A stretch of DNA of 20,000 bases from an uncultured virus (IMG/VR IMGVR_UViG_3300003086_000045) (IMGVR_UViG_3300003086_000045:57902-77901); one strand, 5' to 3'. Shown: positions 1 through 8,222, numbered from the stretch's first letter. The notes: generated by a model not told the origin, from the letters alone. Translations and numbers: made by a program.

Positions 1-181
1 AAAATCAAAAATACAGCCCTCTAAGGCTGCGTTTACTCCATGCCAGTACTCAGTAGTCATTTTTTATAGTATTCCTTTACATAGTATCTATACATACAAA
101 TACTTAGTATAACAAGAGAAGCAGCTATCCAAGCTATAGCAAAGCTTAATAATACTTCATCCATCATATCTGTTACCCCTG

Positions 182-388
182 TTAACATACCTGTACTCCC
201 TGTAATACCCATGTCGAGGTATTACCTTGGTATACTACTGTATCATCATTAACGTGTAGTACCCAGTCATTGTTATTGATATAAGAACCGTCTACTATCT
301 TAAAGTCTTTACCAGTATCCCAATCCTTCTTAGCACTAACAATACTATCGTATGTTCTGCCATACGCTCCTACTACATTAATTGTCAC
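182..388 (-). CDS. hypothetical phage protein (68 aa)
   Basis: ORF in a tightly packed minus-strand run; overlaps neighbour by 4 nt; GAGG RBS upstream. Confidence 0.6.
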   Translation of the reverse strand: MTINVVGAYGRTYDSIVSAKKDWDTGKDFKIVDGSYINNNDWVLHVNDDTVVYQGNTSTWVLQGVQVC

Positions 389-558
389 AGCCCTACCTCG
401 CTAAGTGCGTTACTCATATCAACTAAGGTTGAACGCTCATCAGAACCCATTTCAAATCTTTCGATAGAATCTTCGATAATATCCATTAACAACTCTAGCT
501 CAGTAATTCTATCAATCTTGATAATTACTGGAGCAAAAAACTCTCTAGTTACTTCCAT
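385..558 (-). CDS. hypothetical phage protein; likely start MEVTREFF
   Basis: ORF track 385..633; GGAGG RBS precedes the ATG at 558. Confidence 0.55.
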   Translation of the reverse strand: MEVTREFFAPVIIKIDRITELELLMDIIEDSIERFEMGSDERSTLVDMSNALSEVGL

Positions 559-826
559 TTTTCCTCCTATTCTCATGTTTCTCCTTTTCGTACAATCCAT
601 TAGTTTGTGTAAAGGTTTCAAATAACGCATCAAACTTTCTATTATAAATTTGTTGCATACCTAATAAGATATTAACTATCTCATCATTGTCCATTTCAGG
701 CCCATCCATAATTTGAACCCAAAGAAAGTTAATATCATCAACTACCTTCCAGCAATCCATAATGGCATCATACTCATCATCTGTTGTTCTGTTTACCTTT
801 TCATACCATTTACTGTTTAAAAACAC
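545..826 (-). CDS. hypothetical phage protein, paralog of 3298..3495
   Basis: AIMDCWKVVDDINFLWVQIMDG aligns with AIEDCWHVVDDLKFLWVHMLDG; GGAG RBS. Confidence 0.7.
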   Translation of the reverse strand: MFLNSKWYEKVNRTTDDEYDAIMDCWKVVDDINFLWVQIMDGPEMDNDEIVNILLGMQQIYNRKFDALFETFTQTNGLYEKEKHENRRKNGSN

Positions 827-1053
827 TTATTAACTCCCTTTAAGTCACTATTGAGGCTTTTTATTGTATCTAAAATCTGTTCTTCGGAATACTCTTTCCA
901 TCTCTCTAATAGACCAGTTGCCTCTTCCTTGGTTAGATACTGAGTATCCCTACTATTGGGAAACCATCCTTCCATTTCTTTATCGTAATATAGAGTGCCT
1001 AAGTAATATCCTGCCGCGCTCTTTAATACTTGTAAGTTGCCGTGTTCGTTCAT
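817..1053 (-). CDS. hypothetical phage protein (LQVLKSAAGYYLGT motif)
   Basis: ORF with phage-like composition in a packed operon. Confidence 0.65.
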   Translation of the reverse strand: MNEHGNLQVLKSAAGYYLGTLYYDKEMEGWFPNSRDTQYLTKEEATGLLERWKEYSEEQILDTIKSLNSDLKGVNKCF

Positions 1054-1763
1054 AATACCATCGGAAGGGTAAAATTTACAAAAACGATAACACCAATAAT
1101 TAATTCTTCCATTCTACATCACTCCCATGTCTTATCTTTCTGTTGAATACTCTTTTGATAAACTTACCTGTCCCTGCCTTCCAGTTATGAACTGTATGCC
1201 ATTTCTTTGAGGTCCAGTCTTTAACTATGTCCTTCGATTTAGTAGTCATTTATTTCCCCTAAAGTCTTTCAGTATCTGTTTGATTATTTCTAGTTTCTCT
1301 TCTAGCAATTTAACATCTATGCGTAGTCTTTCTACTTCACTATGTGACCAGTATCCCTTACTATGCTTCATATTAAATAGCTCCTCCACCTTCATAAAAA
1401 TCCCACAGCCAATCTTCATAGTCTGTTTCTCTATCAGCTCCCTCTAAATAGTATATCTCATACAATTCATCTGCGAATAGTTCGCACCAAGCCCCAAACT
1501 CTGTATCTTTTATTTTATGTATTATGACGTCAATCACTTACTCCACCGTTCTCTCATAATACTGTTTATAATAGAATGGTTGCGAGCCGCTTTACTGAAC
1601 TCTCCATTCTTGATTAGAGTTTTTAAACTATCCTTTACCTTCTTTTTCATCTTTACTATAACCATTTGCTTTATTCCTAAAATCTGTTAATATTTTTATA
1701 GCTGCCTCTAGCATCTCCAATGTGTCTACACACCCCTGTTGATACGCTTCCTCTATCTTTTTA

Positions 1764-2003
1764 TTATTCCCCATCATAACTCTTTCCAATCATTTCTGGA
1801 TATATTTCAGGGCGAGCCGTTTCTAGCGTAGCTATACGTTGCTCCAACCGGAGTAACTTCTCATTCATTTTTCTCTCACTTAATATAACTTTAGTTTCTA
1901 TTGTTCTGACGTGTTTAATCATTCTGTCAAAATCCTCTAAAACCATATTAGCGAATCGTCTTAGTTTTTCTTTATTACTTACCCAGAGCATACTAATATA
2001 CAC
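1764..2003 (-). CDS. small coiled-coil protein (true start may be at 1946)
   Basis: LEQRIATLE heptad resembles LERRIASIE in 3665..3889. Confidence 0.5.
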   Translation of the reverse strand: MYISMLWVSNKEKLRRFANMVLEDFDRMIKHVRTIETKVILSERKMNEKLLRLEQRIATLETARPEIYPEMIGKSYDGE

Positions 2004-2242
2004 TCCGATGTAGGTACGAAGCCATCTGCACCAATGTAACTAACCATTTCCTCACTGCCTCTGACTAAGGATACAGGAACCTCTGTTATAAAATCCCATA
2101 CGGTACTAGCACTTATAGTACAAATGTTTTCACTGCCTAACTCATCAACTACATAGTTTCCTATACAGTTACTAATGTCTTGGTCGGCTAATGCCCATTT
2201 CAAGAACTCCTTTCTTTCTACTAATAATGGTGATAATAACAT
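1979..2242 (-). CDS. hypothetical phage protein
   Basis: ORF with strong GGAGGAG RBS. Confidence 0.65.
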   Translation of the reverse strand: MLLSPLLVERKEFLKWALADQDISNCIGNYVVDELGSENICTISASTVWDFITEVPVSLVRGSEEMVSYIGADGFVPTSECILVCSG

Positions 2243-2255
2243 CTTCTCCTCCTAG

Positions 2256-2489
2256 TTAAATAACAAATCCCATACCACGGATTCTAGCCTTCCAAGGACC
2301 ACCCTTTACTTGCTCATCAAGTTGAAGTTTAATCCATTTCTGAGTGATTACTTTATCACCCTCTTTCACAGTAGGATTGATTTTTATTGAATTATAAATC
2401 AGTTCCAACTGTTCCTTCGTTAAGTTAGTCAGTACCATTACATGAATACCGTGTAAGCCATATAGCCATACAATGCTACTATTACCCAA
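2256..2489 (-). CDS. hypothetical phage protein (start uncertain, possibly MVLTNLTK)
   Basis: ORF track; C-terminal part looks coding. Confidence 0.45.
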   Translation of the reverse strand: MGNSSIVWLYGLHGIHVMVLTNLTKEQLELIYNSIKINPTVKEGDKVITQKWIKLQLDEQVKGGPWKARIRGMGFVI

Positions 2490-2636
2490 CTAAGCCCTAT
2501 TAATGTGTTCACTAATATATTCATTACCATTCTCCCATCGCTATTCTCCAAAAACTTTATTATCTTCCTCTTCCCATTGCCATTCCTAACATAAAGAATA
2601 GTCCTAGAAATAGACCAAAAACAAAAAACTCATTCA

Positions 2637-2837
2637 TTATACGCTCCTATATCCTAATTCTTTCATAAAAGATAAAACTCTCGTTGGAATATCATACTGA
2701 CCTTCATAGTCGTAGATTTCTTTATTAGCGTTAAACCATAGTTTAATTCCAGCATCCTCTCCATACTCATCGTGCTCGAAGTAAACGCTATCATCTTGCC
2801 AATAGACTTCATAACCTTTCAACTTTTCCTTTGTCAT
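2637..2837 (-). CDS. hypothetical acidic phage protein
   Basis: AAGGA RBS; directly downstream of promoter 2869-2897. Confidence 0.7.
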   Translation of the reverse strand: MTKEKLKGYEVYWQDDSVYFEHDEYGEDAGIKLWFNANKEIYDYEGQYDIPTRVLSFMKELGYRSV

Positions 2838-2868
2838 ATTTTCCTTAAATTCTCTATTTTAAAAAGAT

Positions 2869-2897
2869 ATTATACTATTAATTAAGCAAATTGTCAA
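2869..2897 (-). promoter_or_regulatory. consensus sigma70 promoter TTGACA-N17-TATAAT
   Basis: + strand attata(2869-74)...tgtcaa(2892-97). Confidence 0.85.
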
Positions 2898-2923
2898 GAG
2901 TTATTGTTAAGATTGGTTTAACA

Positions 2924-3298
2924 TTATCTAATCATTGCGCCTAGTCCAGAGTCAGTGATAGCAAATCTCAATTTGCCACAGCTTGGATAACTTTCAGCTG
3001 TCTTGTACCCTATCTTAAAGTCTTTGTCATCTTCCACAGTTCTAAAATTAACACTGTGTAGTTTAATGGCTTTATTCAGATAATCCTGTCCTCGTCCTGT
3101 TAGTCCAGCACAATACTGTGAATAGTATACTGCTGCACCTAATGCCATCAATACTATCTCTTTATTTTGCATAGCATCTTCGATATTAAACTGATGCTGA
3201 CTTACTGGATGTTGTATGTTATGCGTAGCATTTACTGATGTAAACGCCATAGCTCCCGTTACTGCTAATGCAGCTATTGTTCCTACTGTTGTCTTCAT
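2924..3298 (-). CDS. hypothetical protein with N-terminal signal peptide
   Basis: MKTTVGTIAALAVTGAMA signal-like; two Cys; AGGAGG RBS. Confidence 0.7.
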   Translation of the reverse strand: MKTTVGTIAALAVTGAMAFTSVNATHNIQHPVSQHQFNIEDAMQNKEIVLMALGAAVYYSQYCAGLTGRGQDYLNKAIKLHSVNFRTVEDDKDFKIGYKTAESYPSCGKLRFAITDSGLGAMIR

Positions 3299-3495
3299 TA
3301 CTCTCCTCCTTTCCTTTTATTTAATCTATGTAGTTCTTCAAACTTTTTAGTGTACATGGTTTCCATACCTGACAGAATAGTTACTACGTCATCTGTGGAC
3401 ATACTATCTCCATCTAACATATGTACCCATAGAAACTTTAAGTCATCTACCACGTGCCAACAATCTTCGATGGCTACTTCTACTTCAAGCGACAT
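3298..3495 (-). CDS. hypothetical phage protein, paralog of 545..826
   Basis: shared DCWxVVDDxxFLWVxxxDG...ILxGMxxxYxxKF motif; GAGGAG RBS. Confidence 0.7.
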   Translation of the reverse strand: MSLEVEVAIEDCWHVVDDLKFLWVHMLDGDSMSTDDVVTILSGMETMYTKKFEELHRLNKRKGGE

Positions 3496-3664
3496 TAAAA
3501 TCTCTCCTCAAATTCGTTTACATCTTTCATTACTACGTCCATATTAGTTTGTGCATCTATATACCTAATGTGTGCTGATGCTACATCGATCCTAGACAGT
3601 AATACTTCTATTGTTGCTTTGTTAGCAGCAATTTGGTTCTCTAACTTCTTTTTCTCTAAATTCA

Positions 3665-3889
3665 TTAAATATGCTCCTGTAGTTCTTCTAAAGTATCCTC
3701 TATACTAGCTATTCTTCTTTCTAGTACCTTATCGTTCTTGTACAAGTTATCAGTGTTTTTAATCACGTATTTTCTTATTTGTTGTACCAGTTCTTCTAAT
3801 ACTATAACCCTACTCTGTAATTCAATTAACACTCTGTTAGCTTCAGATGCAGACATTTGTTCTAATTCTTTGGCTTCTACGTATTTCAT
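3665..3889 (-). CDS. small coiled-coil protein
   Basis: heptad pattern; AAGGAG RBS. Confidence 0.65.
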   Translation of the reverse strand: MKYVEAKELEQMSASEANRVLIELQSRVIVLEELVQQIRKYVIKNTDNLYKNDKVLERRIASIEDTLEELQEHI

Positions 3890-3898
3890 ATTATCTCC

Positions 3899-4135
3899 TT
3901 ACCAAGGTAAATCATCGGCATCTCTTTTCTTAGCCTGCCTTGGTACATTGGTTCCAGGAACAGTAAACTGTTCTAACTTCTTCTTTTTCTCTTCACGTTT
4001 CATTAGAGCATCTTCTAAAGTCATCTCCTTAGCCTTAGCTAGGGATATTCTATATTTTGCGTCCGCTTTAAACCAAGCTGTTTGTGCTATTAGGTTCTCT
4101 TTCTGTGCTATCATTAGCTCTTCTTCTAAAGTCAT
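3899..4135 (-). CDS. hypothetical phage protein ending DDLPW
   Basis: ORF with acidic-aromatic C-terminal tip. Confidence 0.6.
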   Translation of the reverse strand: MTLEEELMIAQKENLIAQTAWFKADAKYRISLAKAKEMTLEDALMKREEKKKKLEQFTVPGTNVPRQAKKRDADDLPW

Positions 4136-4136
4136 A

Positions 4137-4292
4137 CTAATGACACCCAGCTACATTTTGCTCTGTCACAACATATTCTATCTGTTCTGCTAAGTTTAGT
4201 TCAGCCTCATCTGCTATCAATTTTATGTGTCTACCTCTTTGTTTCTCTGTTTCAATCTTTGCTAACAGTAATTCTCTTCTTAAATCTTCCAC
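4137..4292 (-). CDS. small hypothetical protein (51 aa, GTG start, MEDLRRELLLAKIETEKQRG...)
   Basis: hand-translated; GGAG RBS; first ORF after promoter 4317-4345. Confidence 0.55.
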   Translation of the reverse strand: MEDLRRELLLAKIETEKQRGRHIKLIADEAELNLAEQIEYVVTEQNVAGCH

Positions 4293-4316
4293 TGATTTCT
4301 CCATTTCAAAAAGATT

Positions 4317-4345
4317 ATTATCCCATAATTTAACCAGAATGTCAA
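4317..4345 (-). promoter_or_regulatory. sigma70 promoter TTGACA-N17-GATAAT
   Basis: + strand attatc(4317-22)...tgtcaa(4340-45). Confidence 0.65.
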
Positions 4346-4436
4346 GAAATAAATTAAGCTTAACTAAATGAATTTTTTTCTCGTTACACTAACTTGACCA
4401 GCTAACAAATTTCATCTCACCTAGGGAAAATAGTTC

Positions 4437-4465
4437 TTGCATTTTTGTTAAAAGTAGTGTATAAT
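4437..4465 (+). promoter_or_regulatory. sigma70 promoter TTGCAT-N17-TATAAT firing into non-coding DNA
   Basis: ttgcat 4437-42, tataat 4460-65. Confidence 0.75.
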
Positions 4466-4470
4466 ATATA

Positions 4471-4805
4471 GTGTAATTTGAAACAACTAATTGATTCCAA
4501 TGAACTAGAAGTGTCTTGTATGAAAAACATAAGGCATTTCGGAACCATAGCGTTGTTGGAACAAAAGGAAACAGTACGCCCAACAGGTTCCGGATATGAC
4601 TTATGACTAATTTTTCAATAGACACGTCAGTTTTCCTTAACTTAAAGCCTAAATTCACGTCTAAAATAAGGCTCATACATATTTCCTGATTTTAAGACTA
4701 AAAAGCTGGACAATAACACTGTCGGAACAGCTAAAATATTCTTTCAAAGTGGTTATCGCTAAAGTAAGATGACAAGTCTTACTTAATTTGTTTCCCACTG
4801 TACAC
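4471..4805 (+). ncRNA. candidate large structured non-coding RNA (~335 nt)
   Basis: own promoter; 5'/3' closing helices; long interrupted hairpin 4511-4625; further hairpins 4646-4673, 4704-4732, 4762-4784; no credible + strand ORF. Confidence 0.55.
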
Positions 4806-4853
4806 CAATTTCCATAATTTGTACCCATTCTGTTACTTCCCTCGTTTTAACTT

Positions 4854-4893
4854 GTTATTCGTGTGTTAAGCTCGTTATGCGTGTGTTAAGCTC
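4854..4893. repeat. 20-bp tandem direct repeat gttat(t/g)cgtgtgttaagctc x2
   Basis: 4854-4873 and 4874-4893, one mismatch. Confidence 0.8.
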
Positions 4894-4951
4894 GCGCAAT
4901 TGGATATTTCATATCCCTATTCGCGCAACTAAACAAACTGTTATCTACCTG

Positions 4952-5284
4952 TTATAACTGTTTTATAGTATCTAATAACTCTTTCAAAGCACCTTTACTT
5001 GATTTCTCTAGCCCTGAGAAAGCCGGTGTATCACCTAACATATCAATTACTGCTTCCTTAATTTTATTAATTATCTCAGTCTTGGTCTCAGGCTTATCTC
5101 CTGTTTTAGATATGTACTCTTCCTTCCTGTATACACCTTCCCTAGCTAGCTTACCTACTATCGATTTCGCAGATTTACCTAATGTTTTAGCTAGGTAGTT
5201 GACCGTAGTCATATTAGGGTCGCTAATATACTCATCTACTATTAACTTGGTCTGTTCTGGTGTATAGTTTATTTCTCGTGGCAT
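4952..5284 (-). CDS. T5 A2-like DNA-binding protein, paralog 1
   Basis: NYT..Y...LGKSAKSIVGKLAREGVY..SKTG..TK..LEKSSKGAL pattern shared with 4 other ORFs and, from recall, T5 A2. Confidence 0.7.
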   Translation of the reverse strand: MPREINYTPEQTKLIVDEYISDPNMTTVNYLAKTLGKSAKSIVGKLAREGVYRKEEYISKTGDKPETKTEIINKIKEAVIDMLGDTPAFSGLEKSSKGALKELLDTIKQL

Positions 5285-5306
5285 AATTTCTCCTATGTAA
5301 AACTAT

Positions 5307-5335
5307 ATTATACACCACTTAACCAATTTTGTCAA
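5307..5335 (-). promoter_or_regulatory. consensus sigma70 promoter (17-bp spacer)
   Basis: attata 5307-12, tgtcaa 5330-35. Confidence 0.85.
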
Positions 5336-5356
5336 GTTGTATTTACGACCGTGCAC

Positions 5357-5384
5357 AAAAAAGCCTCAAACTAATGAGGCTTTT
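5357..5384 (-). terminator. intrinsic terminator (probably bidirectional)
   Basis: aaaaaagcctca-aactaa-tgaggctttt. Confidence 0.75.
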
Positions 5385-5504
5385 GAACCAATTGGGGTGT
5401 TACCCCTCGTTGTTCAGGCTGGCTAAAAGGTCAAGTACACTAAAGTTAACCAAAAGGCAATATTTAGTATAAAAACCATACCTTTCTCAACTACTTTTAG
5501 CACA

Positions 5505-5648
5505 TTATTTCATTGACCCGTTAAGGCAACGCTTAGAATTAGGTTTACGTTTACAACGCTTAGCTCCGTGACTAAGTCTTTTCTTACTAATCTTATTGCC
5601 GTTGTTATCCTTTTTAAATGTCACAAATGGTATAGTGTCTTTGCTCAT
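5505..5648 (-). CDS. 47-aa highly basic peptide MSKDTIPFVTFKKDNNGNKISKKRLSHGAKRCKRKPNSKRCLNGSMK
   Basis: hand-translated; ATGA overlap with upstream A2-like gene; AGGAG RBS. Confidence 0.6.
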   Translation of the reverse strand: MSKDTIPFVTFKKDNNGNKISKKRLSHGAKRCKRKPNSKRCLNGSMK

Positions 5649-5986
5649 TTTCTCTCCTTTAATTCGTATTGGTTGTTCAAATCTCTTAGTAAGTCTACCA
5701 TTGCTTCTAGGTCTGCCTTAGAAGCGTTCTCAAAACTCTTAAATTGGTTATCTCTAGCATTCATCATAATTCTAATAACATTTACTAAGGCTGCTTTTTT
5801 AACAGCTATTGGTTTTGATGATGCTTTCTTCACTTTTTGATAAACTCCTTCTGTAGCCAACTTAGAAATGATTGACCTAACTGATTTTCCCATACCTGAT
5901 GCTAACTTCTCTACTGTTGCCTTAGTTGGTGTTTCACCATATGTTACTACCAACTCTTTTACTTGTTCTTTTGTATAATTTACCAT
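5645..5986 (-). CDS. T5 A2-like DNA-binding protein, paralog 2
   Basis: NYTKEQV..Y..PT...MGKSVRSIISKLATEGVYQK...SFENASKADL; GGAGG RBS. Confidence 0.7.
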   Translation of the reverse strand: MVNYTKEQVKELVVTYGETPTKATVEKLASGMGKSVRSIISKLATEGVYQKVKKASSKPIAVKKAALVNVIRIMMNARDNQFKSFENASKADLEAMVDLLRDLNNQYELKERK

Positions 5987-6036
5987 ATTTTACTTACCTC
6001 CTTAATATTCCATAAATTTTCTCTTTTTCAGAATAT

Positions 6037-6065
6037 ATTATACTGAATTTTCAACTAAATGTCAA
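6037..6065 (-). promoter_or_regulatory. consensus sigma70 promoter (17-bp spacer)
   Basis: attata 6037-42, tgtcaa 6060-65. Confidence 0.85.
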
Positions 6066-6322
6066 GTCTTATTTTAGTAAATGTACCAAATAACCAAAGC
6101 CCAAAGGGTTGCTAATATAAAACCACATATAAATGCTTGTACTGTTGGTTCATGCTTAACCACGGTTTGACTCGTCTAGAATTGCTGTTAGTTGTCTGTT
6201 TAACTTGTTGAATTTAAACTCCCACTTTCTGCTTTCTAGACGTTTTTCCTCATACTTTTCTTCCCAGTCAACTCTTGGGTTAACTCTAAATAGTTTTTGT
6301 ACGTTAGCTTTCCATTCTTTCA

Positions 6323-6700
6323 TTAGTTATCTCCTGTATAGTATAATTCGTTTAAATCTATGTTACGAGCAAAGAATGATTCCATCTTAGCACCTAGTAC
6401 AAAGTCTACTAAATCCTCATCAACTGCTTTAGCAACATTAGGGCTATTCCATATTGCCATTGCTACATCTTCACCTTGGTAATTTCTAAACTGCCCCCAG
6501 TTATCACCAGTGGCTAACTCTAGTTTTAATTGTAGCTCATTTAACTTATCTGAACCTTCTTCTTCGAAGTCTCCTCTGTTAACTTCATAGTCAACACTTC
6601 CTGACTCTTGCTCAATAGCTCCAAATTGTAGCCCAGCATCTGTTGGCTGACAAGCAAATCCAAACTTACCCTCAATATCTCCATAGTAATATCTTCCCAT
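6323..6700 (-). CDS. hypothetical acidic phage protein (MGRYYYGDIEGKFGF)
   Basis: 125-aa ORF; GAGGAG RBS. Confidence 0.75.
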   Translation of the reverse strand: MGRYYYGDIEGKFGFACQPTDAGLQFGAIEQESGSVDYEVNRGDFEEEGSDKLNELQLKLELATGDNWGQFRNYQGEDVAMAIWNSPNVAKAVDEDLVDFVLGAKMESFFARNIDLNELYYTGDN

Positions 6701-6820
6701 CTTAAACTCCTCTTCTTTGTTTGTTATATTCCGTTTCCTTAGGTTCGAACTTATGTTGTATTACGATTGCTCCTACTACAAATATTAACCACCCTACTAC
6801 TATTGTTGCTACTATTCCCA

Positions 6821-7000
6821 TTATACTCCTTCAAATTCAACATTAGACACTAATAAAACCTCTCTGTTTGCGTATAGTCTTTTTGCTAATTCAAAGGCAT
6901 CTTCCTCTGTTTTAGCAATAACATACTCAGTACTAGAGAAGGTATGCTCCGGTTTTAGAACTACTTTATATACTTTTTTATTTTCTTTTTCAATTTTCAT
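6821..7000 (-). CDS. small hypothetical protein; likely start MKIEKENKK (possibly leaderless)
   Basis: ORF track 6821..7036 begins inside the promoter; ATG at 7000 lies ~7 nt past the -10 box. Confidence 0.55.
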   Translation of the reverse strand: MKIEKENKKVYKVVLKPEHTFSSTEYVIAKTEEDAFELAKRLYANREVLLVSNVEFEGV

Positions 7001-7007
7001 AATGTAT

Positions 7008-7036
7008 ATTATACTGAAAAATAACCGGATTGTCAA
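7008..7036 (-). promoter_or_regulatory. consensus sigma70 promoter; near-duplicate of 7848-7876
   Basis: atgtatattatactgaaaa-N10-tgtcaagacattttttaa present at both loci. Confidence 0.85.
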
Positions 7037-7295
7037 GACATTTTTTAAGAAAGAGGTAAAATAAAGCAGAAAACATACTTTAACTCCGGGGGTTGCACCC
7101 GTAACTGGCCGGTGTTATTCCCATTTGGTCCCAATTTCGGCAAATTGTCGTCGTTAGAGCACTATATCGTCGCTTTACTACTGTTTTCCCCTGTTTTCGC
7201 CAAATTGCTCATTATTGAGCTTGACTGGGCGAAATTGGGGCAAGTTGGGCCAATTTGGTGAATATTCTAAAAACTTTTTAACTTTCATATAATTG

Positions 7296-7324
7296 TTGAC
7301 AATTTGCTCAACTTCATGTATAAT
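7296..7324 (+). promoter_or_regulatory. consensus sigma70 promoter into non-coding DNA
   Basis: ttgaca 7296-7301, N17, tataat 7319-24. Confidence 0.8.
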
Positions 7325-7432
7325 ATATATTATAATCGGGAATCTGTCTGGCCGGACGGCGCCCACAACAAAAATAGTCGTCGGTCTACTACTTGTCGGT
7401 CGGCGCTTAAGCGCTGCTTTTCTGTGGGCGAT

Positions 7433-7452
7433 AAAAAACCCCTTGCGGGGTT
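7433..7452 (-). terminator. intrinsic terminator of A2-like paralog 3
   Basis: minus strand AACCCC-GCAA-GGGGTTTTTT. Confidence 0.85.
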
Positions 7453-7457
7453 AATTA

Positions 7458-7778
7458 TTAGCCTAGAGCCTTAACTAACGTTTGGAGGTCTTGCTTCGTA
7501 GCCTTGGCTAATGACTCTACCGAGTCAACGCCCACCTTTTCAGCAATTTGAGCAACTAATTGCGCTTTAGTAATTACAGCCTCACCTGTCTTAGTCACAC
7601 GCTTCTCAGCTTCGTACACACCTTCACGAGATAGCTTAGCAATAATAGAGCGTGTTGTCTTGCCGAACTTCTCAGCAATGGTTGCCACCACCATTTTGTT
7701 ATCTCCTTCCTTAGCCTCGTAGATAGCGATCATTTCAGCAGTTTGGTCATCAGTGTAGTTTTTTGTCTTGTCAGTCAT
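7458..7778 (-). CDS. T5 A2-like DNA-binding protein, paralog 3
   Basis: NYTDDQT..Y...FGKTTRSIIAKLSREGVY..TKTG..TKAQLV..SLAKATKQDL; AGGAG RBS. Confidence 0.72.
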   Translation of the reverse strand: MTDKTKNYTDDQTAEMIAIYEAKEGDNKMVVATIAEKFGKTTRSIIAKLSREGVYEAEKRVTKTGEAVITKAQLVAQIAEKVGVDSVESLAKATKQDLQTLVKALG

Positions 7779-7847
7779 TTATTTCTCCTATGGGTTATTT
7801 TTATGGTTATTTCTTCTTTTCTTTTCTTTCTCAATCTTTATATGTAT

Positions 7848-7876
7848 ATTATACTGAAAATTGGGCAAATTGTCAA
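7848..7876 (-). promoter_or_regulatory. consensus sigma70 promoter (17-bp spacer)
   Basis: attata 7848-53, tgtcaa 7871-76. Confidence 0.85.
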
Positions 7877-7934
7877 GACATTTTTTAAAGAAATGCTTAA
7901 TTAAACTAAATTCAACCTAATCCACAAATAACAC

Positions 7935-7963
7935 TTGACAAAATCGTCCGCACACTGTATAAT
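7935..7963 (+). promoter_or_regulatory. consensus sigma70 promoter with GC-rich discriminator (cggcgcc)
   Basis: ttgaca 7935-40, N17, tataat 7958-63. Confidence 0.8.
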
Positions 7964-8120
7964 CGGCGCCTTCGCACCACTAAAAAAGTCGTTGCTCCAC
8001 TACTCCCTCCGGCGCCTATAGAGCACTTAAAAAAGTCGTTACTCTACTACTTGCCTGCCGGCGCAGGGGCGCTGAACATATGGTTCAATATTGCCCCTAT
8101 TATTTGTGTGGGAAAAAGCC

Positions 8121-8148
8121 TTGACAAAGTGGTGTAATAGTGTATAAT
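8121..8148 (+). promoter_or_regulatory. sigma70 promoter (16-bp spacer) into non-coding DNA
   Basis: ttgaca 8121-26, tataat 8143-48. Confidence 0.75.
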
Positions 8149-8191
8149 ATGTGGTATGGTGGGAGATCCGACCAAGTGGCCGCCGGCGCAG

Positions 8192-8216
8192 CCAAATGAG
8201 AATCATTCTCATTTGG
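8192..8216. promoter_or_regulatory. Fur-box-like perfect palindrome CCAAATGAGAATCATTCTCATTTGG
   Basis: 12-1-12 inverted repeat; core AATGAGAATCATTCTCATT fits the gammaproteobacterial Fur consensus AATGA(T/G)AATNATT(A/C)TCATT. Confidence 0.75.
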
Positions 8217-8222
8217 AGGTTT

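Noticed and set aside
4389..4676. 95-aa minus-strand ORF
   Set aside because: No clear RBS, atypical composition, and it overlaps a + promoter and the strongly base-paired region
5527..5563. caacgcttag direct repeat as a regulatory site
   Set aside because: Explained by repeated KRC codons of the 47-aa peptide on the minus strand
7178..7366. 62-aa minus-strand ORF
   Set aside because: Runs through a promoter and palindromic non-coding region; no RBS
7960..8065. Possible mini CRISPR array
   Set aside because: Only two adjacent degenerate copies, intervening sequence too short for a spacer, no cas genes, no recognisable repeat type
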